Shown: positions 50,675 to 61,191, counted from the stretch's first letter. The stretch is DNA of 64,000 nucleotides from Nitrospirales bacterium (GCA_965223295.1 CBDCWC010000003.1:448001-512000); one strand, 5' to 3'. Notes: generated by a model from the letters alone, not told the origin. Program-made: numbers and translations.

Positions 50675-51826
50675 ATGAGCCAACTATTGAACCCGACTAG
50701 TTTAGACATAAAAGAAAACGCTGCGGACGCTTCTAACAGTCCTGAATTACCTATCGCGGATTATGAAGACCTTTCCGCTGAAGAGCTTTTCGAGAGGATC
50801 GTGACAGCCAAGAAGACTCTGGGTGATCAAGTTTTGGTTTTGGGACATAACTATCAGCGGGATGAAGTGATTGTTCATGCTGACTTGCGGGGAGATTCGT
50901 TATTACTCTCCAAGTTAGCGGCTGAACGGTCAGAATTTCCCCATGTCGTGTTTTGTGGCGTGCATTTCATGGCAGAGACGGCTGACATCCTGAGCCGCTC
51001 GAAGCAAACTGTGATTTTGCCGGATTTGAATGCAGGTTGCTCGATGGCTGATATGGCCGCAATTGAGCAGGTAGATGAATGTTGGGACGCGCTCGGTCAA
51101 GTTTTGTCAGTTGAGGACATGGTCACACCCGTCGTTTATGTCAATTCAGCGGCCGATCTCAAAGCCTTTTGCGGTGAACATGGGGGAATCACCTGTACCT
51201 CGTCAAACGCCAAAGCGGTCATGGATTGGGCTTGGTCCAGAAGAGAAAAAATTCTCTTCTTCCCAGATGAACATCTTGGCCGGAATGTTGCCAACAAAAT
51301 GGGATTTCCCAAAGATGAAATGGTCGTGTGGGATCCCTTTAAAAATAATGGCGGCAATTCAGCAGAAGCCATTCGGAAGGCACGGCTAATTCTTTGGAAA
51401 GGGCATTGTAGTGTGCATCAAATGTTCCAGCCGAATCATGTGGATTATTTCAGAAAGCAAAATCCTGGCATCCAAGTCATTGTGCATCCTGAATGTCATG
51501 AAGATGTGGTGAATAAGGCCGATTTTGTCGGATCAACGGAATACATTATTCAAACCGTGTCCAAGGCGCCAGCCGGAACAGCTTGGGTAGTAGGAACCGA
51601 ATTAAATTTGGTGAACCGTTTGAAGGCAGACCAAACAGACAAGAAAGTCTTCTTTCTTTCGCCCATGGTCTGCCGCTGCGCCACCATGTTCCGCATTGAT
51701 GCGCCGCACCTATGTTGGGCTATGGAAAATTTGGCTCAAGGACAGGTCGTCAACCATATTTCAGTACCAGATGACGAAAAGGTGCTCGCAAAGATAGCGT
51801 TAGAACGCATGATGGCCTTGAGTTAA
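50675..51826 (+). CDS. nadA: Quinolinate synthase
   Basis: GHNYQ, FCGVHFMAE, AGCSMAD, YVNS, CTSSNA, PD.HLG, CSVH, HPEC, GST. Confidence 0.95.
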   Translation: MSQLLNPTSLDIKENAADASNSPELPIADYEDLSAEELFERIVTAKKTLGDQVLVLGHNYQRDEVIVHADLRGDSLLLSKLAAERSEFPHVVFCGVHFMAETADILSRSKQTVILPDLNAGCSMADMAAIEQVDECWDALGQVLSVEDMVTPVVYVNSAADLKAFCGEHGGITCTSSNAKAVMDWAWSRREKILFFPDEHLGRNVANKMGFPKDEMVVWDPFKNNGGNSAEAIRKARLILWKGHCSVHQMFQPNHVDYFRKQNPGIQVIVHPECHEDVVNKADFVGSTEYIIQTVSKAPAGTAWVVGTELNLVNRLKADQTDKKVFFLSPMVCRCATMFRIDAPHLCWAMENLAQGQVVNHISVPDDEKVLAKIALERMMALS

Positions 51827-51925
51827 TCCTCCCTCCTTCCTTTCTCGATTGAGACCCTTTCCTGACTTATGAAACAGATGGTTTTAGTGTGAGCAAAATG
51901 GGGAGTGAGTGAGCATGCTGACATT

Positions 51926-51961
51926 CTCCTCCTTTGTAAGGAGGAGCTAAGGGAGGTAGAG
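51926..51961 (-). repeat. REP-like hairpin (CCCCTCCTTACAAAGGAGGGG family), copy a
   Basis: Reverse complement CTCTACCTCCCTTAGCTCCTCCTTACAAAGGAGGAG, near-identical to 56431-56467. Confidence 0.75.
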
Positions 51962-52048
51962 ACTGCGAACTCCCATTAGCTTTCAACATAATTCACCACG
52001 ACTAATAGACCTTCTATGATTGTTGATTACTCTTACAATGAATGCTGT

Positions 52049-52077
52049 TTGACGGGTTTCTAGACCACGGCTAGAAT
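52049..52077 (+). promoter_or_regulatory. Putative sigma70 promoter of ileS
   Basis: TTGACG-17 nt-TAGAAT. Confidence 0.6.
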
Positions 52078-52114
52078 GACGTGATGGTGAGATACGCCCC
52101 TGCGAGACTTTTGC

Positions 52115-54976
52115 ATGGATTATAAATCAACATTAAATCTCCCAAAGACCGAATTTCCCATGAAGGCCAATTTGCCTCAGAAAGAACCAGAGCGGTTGGC
52201 TTGGTGGGATCAAGAGCGGCTCTACGACAAAATCCAGGAATCTCGTCAGAATCGTCCTTTGTATATCCTTCATGATGGCCCACCCTATGCCAATGGCCAT
52301 ATTCATATTGGACATGGACTAAACAAAATTTTAAAGGACATCATTATTAAATCCAAAACCATGGAAGGCTTTCGGGTGCCCTATATCCCAGGATGGGATT
52401 GCCATGGACTTCCCATAGAACATCAAGTCTCCAAACAACTGGGTTCAAAGAAAAAAGACCTCAGTGCGGTAGAGCTGCGAAAGATTTGCCGCGAGTACGC
52501 ACAGAAGTTTGTGGGAATTCAACGGGATGAATTTCGGCGACTAGGAATTTTTGGCGACTGGGACCAACCTTATCTGACCATGGACCATGCTTACGAAGCA
52601 GCCATTGTGCGTGAATTTGGGAAGTTTGTGGAAAAGGGACGTGTCTATAAAGGGTTAAAGCCGGTGTTGTGGTGTACGGTGGATCAAACCGCATTGGCCG
52701 AAGCGGAAGTGGAATACGAAGACCACGTCTCTCCATCAATCTATGTGAAGTTTCCTTTTACGGCTTCACCGGCTGAGTTGAGTGCCGATCAACGATTGGA
52801 GCTGCCACAAGTTAAAGATCTCAAGGCTGTTTCAGTTGTCATCTGGACCACCACTCCGTGGACTCTTCCGGCCAACCAAGCCGTCTGCTTGCACCCTGAA
52901 TTGGATTATGCGGTGCTTCAAGTTGAAGACGAGGCATGTATTGTTGCAGTGGGGCTGGAAGAAGCGTTTGTTAAAGCCTGTCAAATTGAGAAATTCAAGA
53001 TATTGGGCAAGGTCAAAGGGGAAAAGTTTGAGGGCTGGACCTGTCATCCGCCATTGACCAAGAGAGAGGTGCCAATCCTCAATGGAGATTTTGTCACATT
53101 GGAACAGGGGACAGGCTGTGTCCATATAGCCCCCGGACATGGGATGGACGATTATCTGTTGGCACTGAAATACAACAAGCCACCCTTGCGCGACTTGCTA
53201 CCTAATCAACAGCCTTTAGACATCCTCGTGCCAGTCAATAATGCAGGACGGTTTACAGAGGAATTTCCTGAATGTGAAGGGCAACCGGTTTTAGAGGCCA
53301 ACACTGGGATTGTGGACCTTTTGCAATCGAAAAACCTGTTGGTTGGCGCAAAAAGTCTGGAACATTCCTATCCGCATTGTTGGCGGTGCAAGAAGCCGGT
53401 CATTTTTAGGGCAACACATCAATGGTTCGTGTCAATGGAAGAGTCCAATTTGCGCCAAGATGCTCTAAAGCAAATCGACCAAGTGCAATGGTTCCCCGAA
53501 CGTGGGCGTGATCGTATTTATGGCATGATTTTGAATCGCCCGGATTGGTGTTTATCCCGCCAGCGTATGTGGGGCACGCCAATTCCAGTTTTTTCGTGTG
53601 AAGGCTGTGAAACGCCGCTAGCTGACCATAACGTCATCGAATATATTGGCATGCTCATGCAGAAGGAGGGAGCTGACATCTGGTTTAGTCGATCTGCTGT
53701 CGAATTACTTCCACCAGGAACGGCCTGTGAGCAATGTGGAAAATCTGCCTTTAAAAAAGAACATGACATCTTGGATGTCTGGTTTGAGTCAGGCGTGAGT
53801 CATGCAGCCGTGTTAAAACCTCAAGGGGACGACTGGTATCCAGCAGATTTGTATCTTGAAGGATCTGATCAACATCGCGGATGGTTCCATAGCTCGCTCT
53901 TGACCTCAGTGACCACCGACCAACGGGCGCCCTATCGAGCCGTCCTGACACATGGGTTTGTGGTGGATGGCGAAGGCAAAAAAATGTCGAAGTCGGCGGG
54001 TAACGTGATCACCCCACAAGAAATTATCAAAGAATCGGGCGCCGAAATCTTGAGGCTGTGGGTCGCGTCTCAGGATTATCAGGAAGATCTGCGTATTTCC
54101 AAAGACATTGTGAAGCAATTAATGGATGCCTACCGAAAGGTGCGCAATACCAGCCGATTTCTTTTGAGTAATTTGTTTGATTTTGAGGTCACACGTCACG
54201 CCGTGCCCCATTCTGAGCTGCTGGAATTGGACCAGTGGGCATTGTGGCGGCTTGAGCAACTCATTCACAATGTGAAAAAAGGCTATGCCCAATTTCAATT
54301 TCGGCAAGTTGTGCATGAGTTGGACTATTTTTGTTCCACGGATATGAGCGCGACCTATCTGGATATTTTAAAAGATCGGCTCTATACATTTCCGACAAAC
54401 TCGCCTCTTCGCCGTGGTTCCCAGACAGTTCTGCACGAAATTGTCACAGCTTTAGCGAAATTGATGGCGCCAATTCTAAGCTTTACCGCGGAAGAAATTT
54501 GGCAAGCGTTGCCGGAAGCCAAGGAGCAAGGCTCAAAGGTAAAGAGTATTCATCTTGCAGAGTTTCCAACAGCGCGTGCAGTCTTTAAGAGTTCAGAGTT
54601 ACAACAGGCTTGGGAATATCTCTTTCAAGTACGAAAAGTCGTTCAAGGCGCTTTGGAGAAAAAACGGCGAGACAAAGTCATTGGCTCGTCATTAGAAGGG
54701 AAAGTCATCCTGCAGGCGACAGAGCCACATGGTGCATTGCTAGAACGTTATCGAGAGGACCTTCCTGCAGTCTTTATTGTTTCTGAGGTGAAAGTAGAAT
54801 CGATTGCTGAAATTGTCGAGCACAATCATGAATTCGTAGACACCACCCTGGGCCTGGCAATCAGTGTTGTTAAAGCTGATGGTCTCAAATGTGATCGGTG
54901 TTGGAACATTCGACATGATGTGGGGCGTCAGATCCAGCATCCCACCCTTTGCGCGCGCTGTGTCGAGGCTGTGTGA
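52115..54976 (+). CDS. ileS: Isoleucine-tRNA ligase (type 1)
   Basis: DGPPYANG.IHIGH, WTTTPWT, GTGCVH, EGSDQHRGWF, KMSKS, C-terminal CDRCW..CARC. Confidence 0.97.
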   Translation: MDYKSTLNLPKTEFPMKANLPQKEPERLAWWDQERLYDKIQESRQNRPLYILHDGPPYANGHIHIGHGLNKILKDIIIKSKTMEGFRVPYIPGWDCHGLPIEHQVSKQLGSKKKDLSAVELRKICREYAQKFVGIQRDEFRRLGIFGDWDQPYLTMDHAYEAAIVREFGKFVEKGRVYKGLKPVLWCTVDQTALAEAEVEYEDHVSPSIYVKFPFTASPAELSADQRLELPQVKDLKAVSVVIWTTTPWTLPANQAVCLHPELDYAVLQVEDEACIVAVGLEEAFVKACQIEKFKILGKVKGEKFEGWTCHPPLTKREVPILNGDFVTLEQGTGCVHIAPGHGMDDYLLALKYNKPPLRDLLPNQQPLDILVPVNNAGRFTEEFPECEGQPVLEANTGIVDLLQSKNLLVGAKSLEHSYPHCWRCKKPVIFRATHQWFVSMEESNLRQDALKQIDQVQWFPERGRDRIYGMILNRPDWCLSRQRMWGTPIPVFSCEGCETPLADHNVIEYIGMLMQKEGADIWFSRSAVELLPPGTACEQCGKSAFKKEHDILDVWFESGVSHAAVLKPQGDDWYPADLYLEGSDQHRGWFHSSLLTSVTTDQRAPYRAVLTHGFVVDGEGKKMSKSAGNVITPQEIIKESGAEILRLWVASQDYQEDLRISKDIVKQLMDAYRKVRNTSRFLLSNLFDFEVTRHAVPHSELLELDQWALWRLEQLIHNVKKGYAQFQFRQVVHELDYFCSTDMSATYLDILKDRLYTFPTNSPLRRGSQTVLHEIVTALAKLMAPILSFTAEEIWQALPEAKEQGSKVKSIHLAEFPTARAVFKSSELQQAWEYLFQVRKVVQGALEKKRRDKVIGSSLEGKVILQATEPHGALLERYREDLPAVFIVSEVKVESIAEIVEHNHEFVDTTLGLAISVVKADGLKCDRCWNIRHDVGRQIQHPTLCARCVEAV

Positions 54977-55494
54977 GCGAGACATTTCGTCGATACAGCA
55001 TCCTGGCGTGTGTGGTACTGACCATTATTGTGGTCGATCAAATCACCAAAGCCTATATCGATAGTTCTATGCATCTCCACCAATCCATCTCGATTATCCC
55101 TGGATATTTTAACCTGACCTATATCCGCAATCCTGGCGCGGCATTTGGCATCATGGGGACCTGGAGTAGTGGGTTTCGATTGGTGTTCTTTTTTCTCACA
55201 TCTGTGCTGGCGATGGGCCTACTCTTTACTATTTTCATGAGACTTGAGCCAGGGGATTGGTGGGGTCAACTCACGATTGCTTCAATTTTCGGCGGAGCCA
55301 TAGGCAATTTTATTGATCGTCTCCAATATGGCGAAGTTATTGATTTCTTAGATTTCTATATCAACGGCTATCACTGGCCAGCCTTTAATGTGGCCGACTC
55401 GGCCATTAGCATCGGCGTCGTCTCGCTCCTCCTCCTCTTTGCCTTCGAAAAACGCAAACCCGACCTCACCCCCCAACAAGACTCCCAACTGTAA
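54973..55494 (+). CDS. lspA: Lipoprotein signal peptidase II
   Basis: DQITK, NPGAAFG, GAIGNFIDR, VIDF, FNVADS; GTGA overlap with ileS. Confidence 0.95.
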   Translation: MSETFRRYSILACVVLTIIVVDQITKAYIDSSMHLHQSISIIPGYFNLTYIRNPGAAFGIMGTWSSGFRLVFFFLTSVLAMGLLFTIFMRLEPGDWWGQLTIASIFGGAIGNFIDRLQYGEVIDFLDFYINGYHWPAFNVADSAISIGVVSLLLLFAFEKRKPDLTPQQDSQL

Positions 55495-55511
55495 AAGGCA
55501 TCATCCCACAT

Positions 55512-55553
55512 TAGGGGTCAGACTCGAATTAATTAATTCGAGTCTGACCCCTA
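55512..55553. repeat. Perfect 42-bp palindrome (GGGGTCAGA REP-like family)
   Basis: TAGGGGTCAGACTCGAATTAATTAATTCGAGTCTGACCCCTA. Confidence 0.9.
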
Positions 55554-55609
55554 TAATATAATTTCGTTTGACCCGAGATTAAGGAACGTTTATTTTTAGT
55601 GCAGGAAAC

Positions 55610-56125
55610 ATGGGAGCTATCTGTTCACCAATGAAAAATCTCAGGGGCATAACAATGATTTTCTCCCTTCCCCTACGGATCCTTCTCCTATTGATGTCCG
55701 CTGAGGTGAGTATAGGAGCCGAGCGACAGGAGCCGTCCAATAGGTGTCCTTCCTGGGGGATGCCCATTCATGTGCATGTCCATGGTGTCCGAAACTCGGA
55801 AGGTACGGTCAAGGCCGTGCTGTATGGTCCCGAGCCCGAAACGTTTTTAGTGAAAGGTAAGAAAGTCGATAAGGAGCGAGAACCAGCTGAAGCAGGGGCA
55901 ATGACACTCTGTGTAGCGGCCCGCCAAAAAGGGAAGTATGCCGTGGTAGTCTATCATGACGAGAATGATAACCATAAATTTGATCGCAACTGGATAGGGT
56001 TACCCATTGAAGGGTTTGGTGTCTCGAATGATCCTACGCTTTTCTTAGCCCCACCGAGTTTTGAAGAGGCTGCTTTTGAATTAGATGATGAACTCACCCA
56101 TGTCGATGTCGAAATGAAATATTAG
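55610..56125 (+). CDS. DUF2141-family exported protein (start uncertain)
   Basis: VRN..G.V...LY, G.YAV..YHDENDN, G.P.EGFGVSN.P, PPSF. Confidence 0.8.
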   Translation: MGAICSPMKNLRGITMIFSLPLRILLLLMSAEVSIGAERQEPSNRCPSWGMPIHVHVHGVRNSEGTVKAVLYGPEPETFLVKGKKVDKEREPAEAGAMTLCVAARQKGKYAVVVYHDENDNHKFDRNWIGLPIEGFGVSNDPTLFLAPPSFEEAAFELDDELTHVDVEMKY

Positions 56126-56316
56126 GAGATTGTGGTCGTTCCAACTAACCTCTACATTTTCATAGTCATCGCCCCCTTTTGAGCCCGCCCTCTCACCCCG
56201 CTTTTTGCAAGGGGATATCATAAAAATAAACCGTGAACTATCTTTCAATGCTTTTGGAACCTATTTGGAACAACTACAGCTAGACACTACCGCAAAAAAA
56301 TCCAAAGCGAACGAAC

Positions 56317-56360
56317 GAAAAAAAACTGCCCCTGCTGAGTAGTTAATCAGCAGAGGCAGC
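56317..56360 (-). terminator. Intrinsic terminator of the porin gene
   Basis: Reverse complement CTGCCTCTGCTGA-TTAACTAC-TCAGCAGGGGCAG-TTTTTTTT. Confidence 0.8.
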
Positions 56361-56430
56361 TTAGGATAACGAGGAGGGTTAAACTCCTATGGTGATTTAG
56401 TCTTTGCTTTCATATGAACTTTCTAAATTC

Positions 56431-56467
56431 CTCTACCTCCCCTAGCCCCTCCTTACAAAAGGAGGGG
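56431..56467 (+). repeat. REP-like hairpin (CCCCTCCTTACAAAAGGAGGGG family), copy b
   Basis: CTCTACCTCCCCTAGCCCCTCCTTACAAAAGGAGGGG. Confidence 0.75.
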
Positions 56468-56485
56468 GAGGGAGATTTTTGAGAT

Positions 56486-58057
56486 TTAGAAGTTGATCCA
56501 GAGTTGGGTATAGCCCCAATCCTGGTCGTTGGTTGCACCACTTTCATCATTCTTCGTCAGATAATCTCCAGCAAAGAAGTGGCCGTAGCCAATCTGCCAA
56601 CCAACCTTGTTATTTTGGAAGAACAAGGTGTAGACCACATCAATCTCACCACCGAGTGACTTTTCTTTGTTTCCAGCAGGTGTGGTTTTAAATACGGCCT
56701 GGTTGGCACCATACCAATTGTCGTCCCTATTGGCTAGACGCATGATATGTCCAGCCACTTCAAAGTGACTGTTGGCCGTTGGACGTAACTGCAAATTTCC
56801 ACCGTAGGTCAACATATTCTGCCAGGACATCCTGTCCATATAGCCAAAGTGAATGTGGTTGGTGGGGAACAATTGACTAAAGGTTCCTCCGCATTTGTTG
56901 CCTCCAGCTGCATTACAACTACCATCACCTGTAGCATAGTTAAATTCCGCACCGATTCGAGGTTGCATGGGTACTGGGAATGTCACACCCGCATCTATAT
57001 GTCCAGCCAACGCATTAATCCGTTCATTTCTGTTCCCACCGTTAGTACTAGCTGGACCGATTGATCCGAACTGCCAGTAGCCTTCCGCCGTAACATCAAA
57101 GATCCCTGGTTTGGCCGCTACACGGGCACCCACGGTATGACGGCTTTGGTTTTGAGGTTGTCCACCAGGAGGACTTGCACCTACTCCAATTGACCCATTT
57201 CCACCGGCACCCTGGGATGCCCCGCTTGCACCACCATCTTCAAAGATCCAGGCAGGTTCTACAGCTACGCCGCCAAACTTCATTGGCATTCGTACAAACC
57301 AGATATCACCATCATAGGTATCAGCGGATGGCGTTCCAACTCCGCAACCTCCAGCACTACCGGCACAGTTGCCTTCAGCCACTCGCAACCAGCCAGCTTC
57401 AACCGGGACGCTTGCATGGTTATAGCGGAACGTCACCCCATCGAAGGCAAACCCGACATTGTTCCAGTCAAAGTGCCCAAAGATTCGGTGATTCCCCCAC
57501 ACCATTAATTGCCGACCCGCCTTCATACTCAAATTAGGTGCTAGGAAATTCCTGACCAACATGAACCCTTGACGGAGGAACAAGTCTGATCCTGTTCCAT
57601 TAGGATTGATCGCTCCACTTCCTGCGTCAGGATCAACGGTTCCCCAATTGTGGGAGACTTGAGGTTGAGCAAAAAACACTACATCCGGAGACAAGGCATA
57701 GTGAAAGCCCAGCCGGATAAGTTGTTGTGTGAAGAACGAAGATTGATTATCAGCATCAGCAAACTTATTATTTGCGTTCGGTGCTCCGCTCACCCCAAAA
57801 CCACCTTTTGATCTGAATTCCGGTCGCACACGCATATCCCCAGAAATCGTCAATTTCGTAGGGTCCCACACTGCACCAGCCGGTGGATCAAAGTTGTGAT
57901 AGGGCACCAAATCCGGAATGGCCCGCGGCACAGCCGGGACATTCGTGTTTTTGTCCGTGGCCGGCGTCGTTTTCTGAGCAAAGCCCGGCGCGGCAGACAT
58001 GGCCACAAGCAAGGCTGCTGCGGTCAACCTCGTAAAGGTTCGGTAAAAAGTCCTCAT
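56486..58057 (-). CDS. Outer-membrane beta-barrel protein, alginate-export family (probable major porin)
   Basis: Signal peptide, RVRPEFR, GRQLM.WG..R..G..DWNN...FDG, FPTNH...G.MD, C-terminal LWINF; RBS AGGAGGAG. Confidence 0.85.
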   Translation of the reverse strand: MRTFYRTFTRLTAAALLVAMSAAPGFAQKTTPATDKNTNVPAVPRAIPDLVPYHNFDPPAGAVWDPTKLTISGDMRVRPEFRSKGGFGVSGAPNANNKFADADNQSSFFTQQLIRLGFHYALSPDVVFFAQPQVSHNWGTVDPDAGSGAINPNGTGSDLFLRQGFMLVRNFLAPNLSMKAGRQLMVWGNHRIFGHFDWNNVGFAFDGVTFRYNHASVPVEAGWLRVAEGNCAGSAGGCGVGTPSADTYDGDIWFVRMPMKFGGVAVEPAWIFEDGGASGASQGAGGNGSIGVGASPPGGQPQNQSRHTVGARVAAKPGIFDVTAEGYWQFGSIGPASTNGGNRNERINALAGHIDAGVTFPVPMQPRIGAEFNYATGDGSCNAAGGNKCGGTFSQLFPTNHIHFGYMDRMSWQNMLTYGGNLQLRPTANSHFEVAGHIMRLANRDDNWYGANQAVFKTTPAGNKEKSLGGEIDVVYTLFFQNNKVGWQIGYGHFFAGDYLTKNDESGATNDQDWGYTQLWINF

Positions 58058-58252
58058 TGCACTCCTCCTGTTAGTGAAAACCTTTGTGGACTCGATCTCC
58101 ATCACTATCAACACATCTCTTAGAACTGATGGCGTCTCGCGTCCCCTTCCGTTTTGAATAATTTGTGCCTTGTCTCATTCAAAGCACTGGTTTTTACATC
58201 ACCCTTACGGCCGCCCCAACCACGATTGGGAATTTGCCGCATGGGAATATAG

Positions 58253-58268
58253 TGCTAAATAGATGCCA
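58253..58268 (-). promoter_or_regulatory. Putative sigma54 (-24/-12) promoter of the porin
   Basis: Reverse complement TGGCATCTATTTAGCA (GG-N10-GC) ~200 nt upstream of the start, followed by an AT-rich tract. Confidence 0.55.
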
Positions 58269-58541
58269 ATTGATAAAAAACCTTCTAAGTTATTAAAAGA
58301 TAATGTTTTTTCGATAACTCGGCAGAAACACCATAGCTAAGAGTTATCGCTTGAATGCTACGATGGTTGTAAAAACCCAACACTAAAAGAATTGTGTGTT
58401 TGTTTTACTGAGGCTACAGACGAGTGGTTGATTCACTTCTCTGGGGAGAATCTTGTTTCGGCACAAATGAAAAATAATACCGGTGAAAATGCTAACTGCT
58501 AACGCCACCCCCAAGAATTCTCCTTAGCCTCTCCTCCCCAT

Positions 58542-58829
58542 TTATACAGGCCGCGATCCTTCAGGATCAGTAACTTGATCGGTCGCCCCTTTGATTTCTT
58601 CTTCTGCTTCCTTGATCGTTGATTCAAGGTCTTGTTCGACAGATTTTAATTCCTGCGTAATCATATTGATTTCTGGTTCAACGGATTGACGAAGATCATC
58701 TGTCGTTTCCTTAAAACCTTTGACGGCTTTCCCCACTTGCTTTCCAATTTCCGGCAGTTCTTTTGGACCAAAGAGCATAAAGGCAATGACCAGAATGATC
58801 AAAATTTCCATTGCTCCTAAGCCGAACAT
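58542..58829 (-). CDS. Twin-arginine translocase TatA/TatB-family subunit (TatB-like)
   Basis: MFGLGAMEILIILVIAFMLFGPKELPEIG...GK. Confidence 0.85.
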   Translation of the reverse strand: MFGLGAMEILIILVIAFMLFGPKELPEIGKQVGKAVKGFKETTDDLRQSVEPEINMITQELKSVEQDLESTIKEAEEEIKGATDQVTDPEGSRPV

Positions 58830-58946
58830 AACCTTGATCTTGCATCCTTACCGTGTGACCGGGCACACAGAGTGAGAAAGTTTCGTACGAAGGTGCTTGG
58901 TTTCCTGTACGTCGCCTAGCCAGATTCACCGTGCCGGCCTTCTGTC

Positions 58947-59243
58947 CTATCCCTGTTTGGGCTGCGTGGATTCTACTGGTTGCTGAACGGCAGCTTGCGG
59001 CTCGTGAACCGGTGCCGCTTGTGGATGACCGGCAACTTGTTGAGGCTGAGGAGGGGCTTGAGTCTCATCGAGATCCTCATTGGGCGTCACGTCTAGAGCA
59101 TCCGCTTCCGCCACGGACTTTTTGAAGCCTTTAATGGCCTTTCCAAGCCCTTCACCCAACTGAGGGATTTTCCCCGCACCAAAAATAATGAGTACGATGA
59201 TGAGGATGAGCAACAGCTCCATCCATCCAAACGATCCAAACAC
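58947..59243 (-). CDS. tatA: Twin-arginine translocase subunit TatA
   Basis: FGSFGWMELLLIL...FGAGKIPQLG.GLGKAIKGFKK; start at GTG behind GAGG. Confidence 0.88.
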   Translation of the reverse strand: MFGSFGWMELLLILIIVLIIFGAGKIPQLGEGLGKAIKGFKKSVAEADALDVTPNEDLDETQAPPQPQQVAGHPQAAPVHEPQAAVQQPVESTQPKQG

Positions 59244-59529
59244 CGACAACCTCAATATTGTATTAACAAAAAAACACGACCTCTAAAAAGTTCGCGGGAT
59301 TATACACAACCTGCTGAAAAAAATCTACCTTTCCCTTTCCCCATGAAATTTCTCGAATGCTTTTCAAGACAAAGACAAACGATACCTGAAAACCCTCTAA
59401 TCGTCGGGCAATTAATTGATAGGATAGCCCGGTGAGATTTTTTTCTGTTATCTATCTTTCCACAGAATATTTTTTCACATCAATGTATGTAGCCCGGGAG
59501 GATAATACAGTCTTCTTACACAATCGGTT

Positions 59530-60963
59530 TTATTGGCCGCTAAACGAGAAATGTGTGTAGTCGACTGGCTGAGGAGGAAATTGCAGCATCGCCTTAATGC
59601 CTTCGAGATCATAGCCTAGCTTTTCCAACGCAGGCATGGCGGCTCGAATTTCAGTTTCCGTCAGATACGCAATGGTATCTGGCACGCCATGACGGGGTAA
59701 CCGTTGAAGCAGAGCTTCTAATTCCAACCGTTCTTTGGCTGGGGTACTTTCACTAATTGGGAATTCAATATGACGGTGATAGGGAGACCGATAGGTTTGG
59801 TTGACGGCTTCTAACGTGCGCAGAATAAAGGCATCTAACTCCCATGGCTCGCCTTCAGGTGGATAGGGATGTGATGCCAGCAAATCCATCACGCTCAACA
59901 CATGCGACCCAAGGCTCCTGGATACAAAATCCCGTTGTGATTCAATAAGACCTGTCTGAATTCCCAAATGCATCGCCACACCCTGCAGCAATTGAAAATT
60001 CACCATAAAACTGAATTGGCCGCCTTGGACCGTGTAGCATGGCTTTTCGGGATCATTGAGCACGCGAGGATCCGCCGTTCCCGCATCAAAACTACTGAAC
60101 CCTATCGCATCAGTGGCGAGAAGCCGCTGCGCTTCCTTCAGACTTTGGCAGGCGCCCATGTTATACGGCACCAACACTTCCTCATCAATCCCTTTGAGAA
60201 ATTCCGTAACCGTTCGACGAAACGGAAAGCCTTTGGCATCAATCGGCTGATACTCCCGTTCCCAGACTAAGTCCCCTAAAAACGAAGCAAACGTGGGAAG
60301 CGTTTCGAGATCGGCTTTATCAAACGCTTCGACAAACTTTGGCCAATCAGGAAAGTCTACTAGCCGTTTTTCATTTAAGTTTGGACGAAGCTGCTCTTCC
60401 TTGATCTCCCCGTCTTTTCGAAGAACTAACTTCGTGGGCAATTCGCTCCACAATTCATTACAAATAATGCGATCAACGGAGCCATCCTCAACTGACGCCA
60501 AGTCTTCTACGGCTCGACATTCATACCTAATGCGCTCCTTGTGCTTGGCCAAATCAACATTCTGCTTGGCTTGTTCCAGAAGCAGAGGCTCTTGCTCAAG
60601 GCACATGTATTGAATTCTGGGGAATAGCACCTGCTCTTTGTCTAGTTCCTGAAGACGGTCCAAAAAACAAGCGGCCAAATTGCCATTGCCAGCACCCCAC
60701 TCCATGATCATGAGATGACCGGAACTTCGTTCTTTTTTCTCTGCCGATTTTTCTCTTGCCGCACATTGCCGCCAATAATCCTCTGCCAGCGCATACCCTA
60801 GGCGAAAGTCTGCTGCCGCAAACGTCTGATAAAATTCACGTACGCGATTTCCCAGAAGACCGTAAAACAGACGATTGATGTGCGCTTGCCAGATATCGAC
60901 CGGTTGAAAATCTCCCACAAGTTGGGGAAGGGCATCTGGGTCTTTAGCGGTTGGTACGTTCAT
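59530..60963 (-). CDS. SAM-dependent methyltransferase (NDUFAF7/MidA-like)
   Basis: IMEWGAGNGNLA, ICNELW..LP, FD.G, VNF..L, ESQRDF. Confidence 0.7.
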   Translation of the reverse strand: MNVPTAKDPDALPQLVGDFQPVDIWQAHINRLFYGLLGNRVREFYQTFAAADFRLGYALAEDYWRQCAAREKSAEKKERSSGHLMIMEWGAGNGNLAACFLDRLQELDKEQVLFPRIQYMCLEQEPLLLEQAKQNVDLAKHKERIRYECRAVEDLASVEDGSVDRIICNELWSELPTKLVLRKDGEIKEEQLRPNLNEKRLVDFPDWPKFVEAFDKADLETLPTFASFLGDLVWEREYQPIDAKGFPFRRTVTEFLKGIDEEVLVPYNMGACQSLKEAQRLLATDAIGFSSFDAGTADPRVLNDPEKPCYTVQGGQFSFMVNFQLLQGVAMHLGIQTGLIESQRDFVSRSLGSHVLSVMDLLASHPYPPEGEPWELDAFILRTLEAVNQTYRSPYHRHIEFPISESTPAKERLELEALLQRLPRHGVPDTIAYLTETEIRAAMPALEKLGYDLEGIKAMLQFPPQPVDYTHFSFSGQ

Positions 60964-61191
60964 AAAAATTAACCTATCAGCTTTCTAACAATCATGAATA
61001 ATCGTCGGCCTTGATAGCATAGATAAAAATGCGTAGAAACGGCAAAAATTTTAGCAAAGGCCCTTTTCAGGCCGCAAGGTAATAAATGAAAGAAGGCTTG
61101 ACCGGAGTCCATCAGCAAGAGTACAGATGTGAAGCCCCCTCACAGGCATAGATCTATTGACCGCTCACCATAACTGGCATGAACTAACTTC

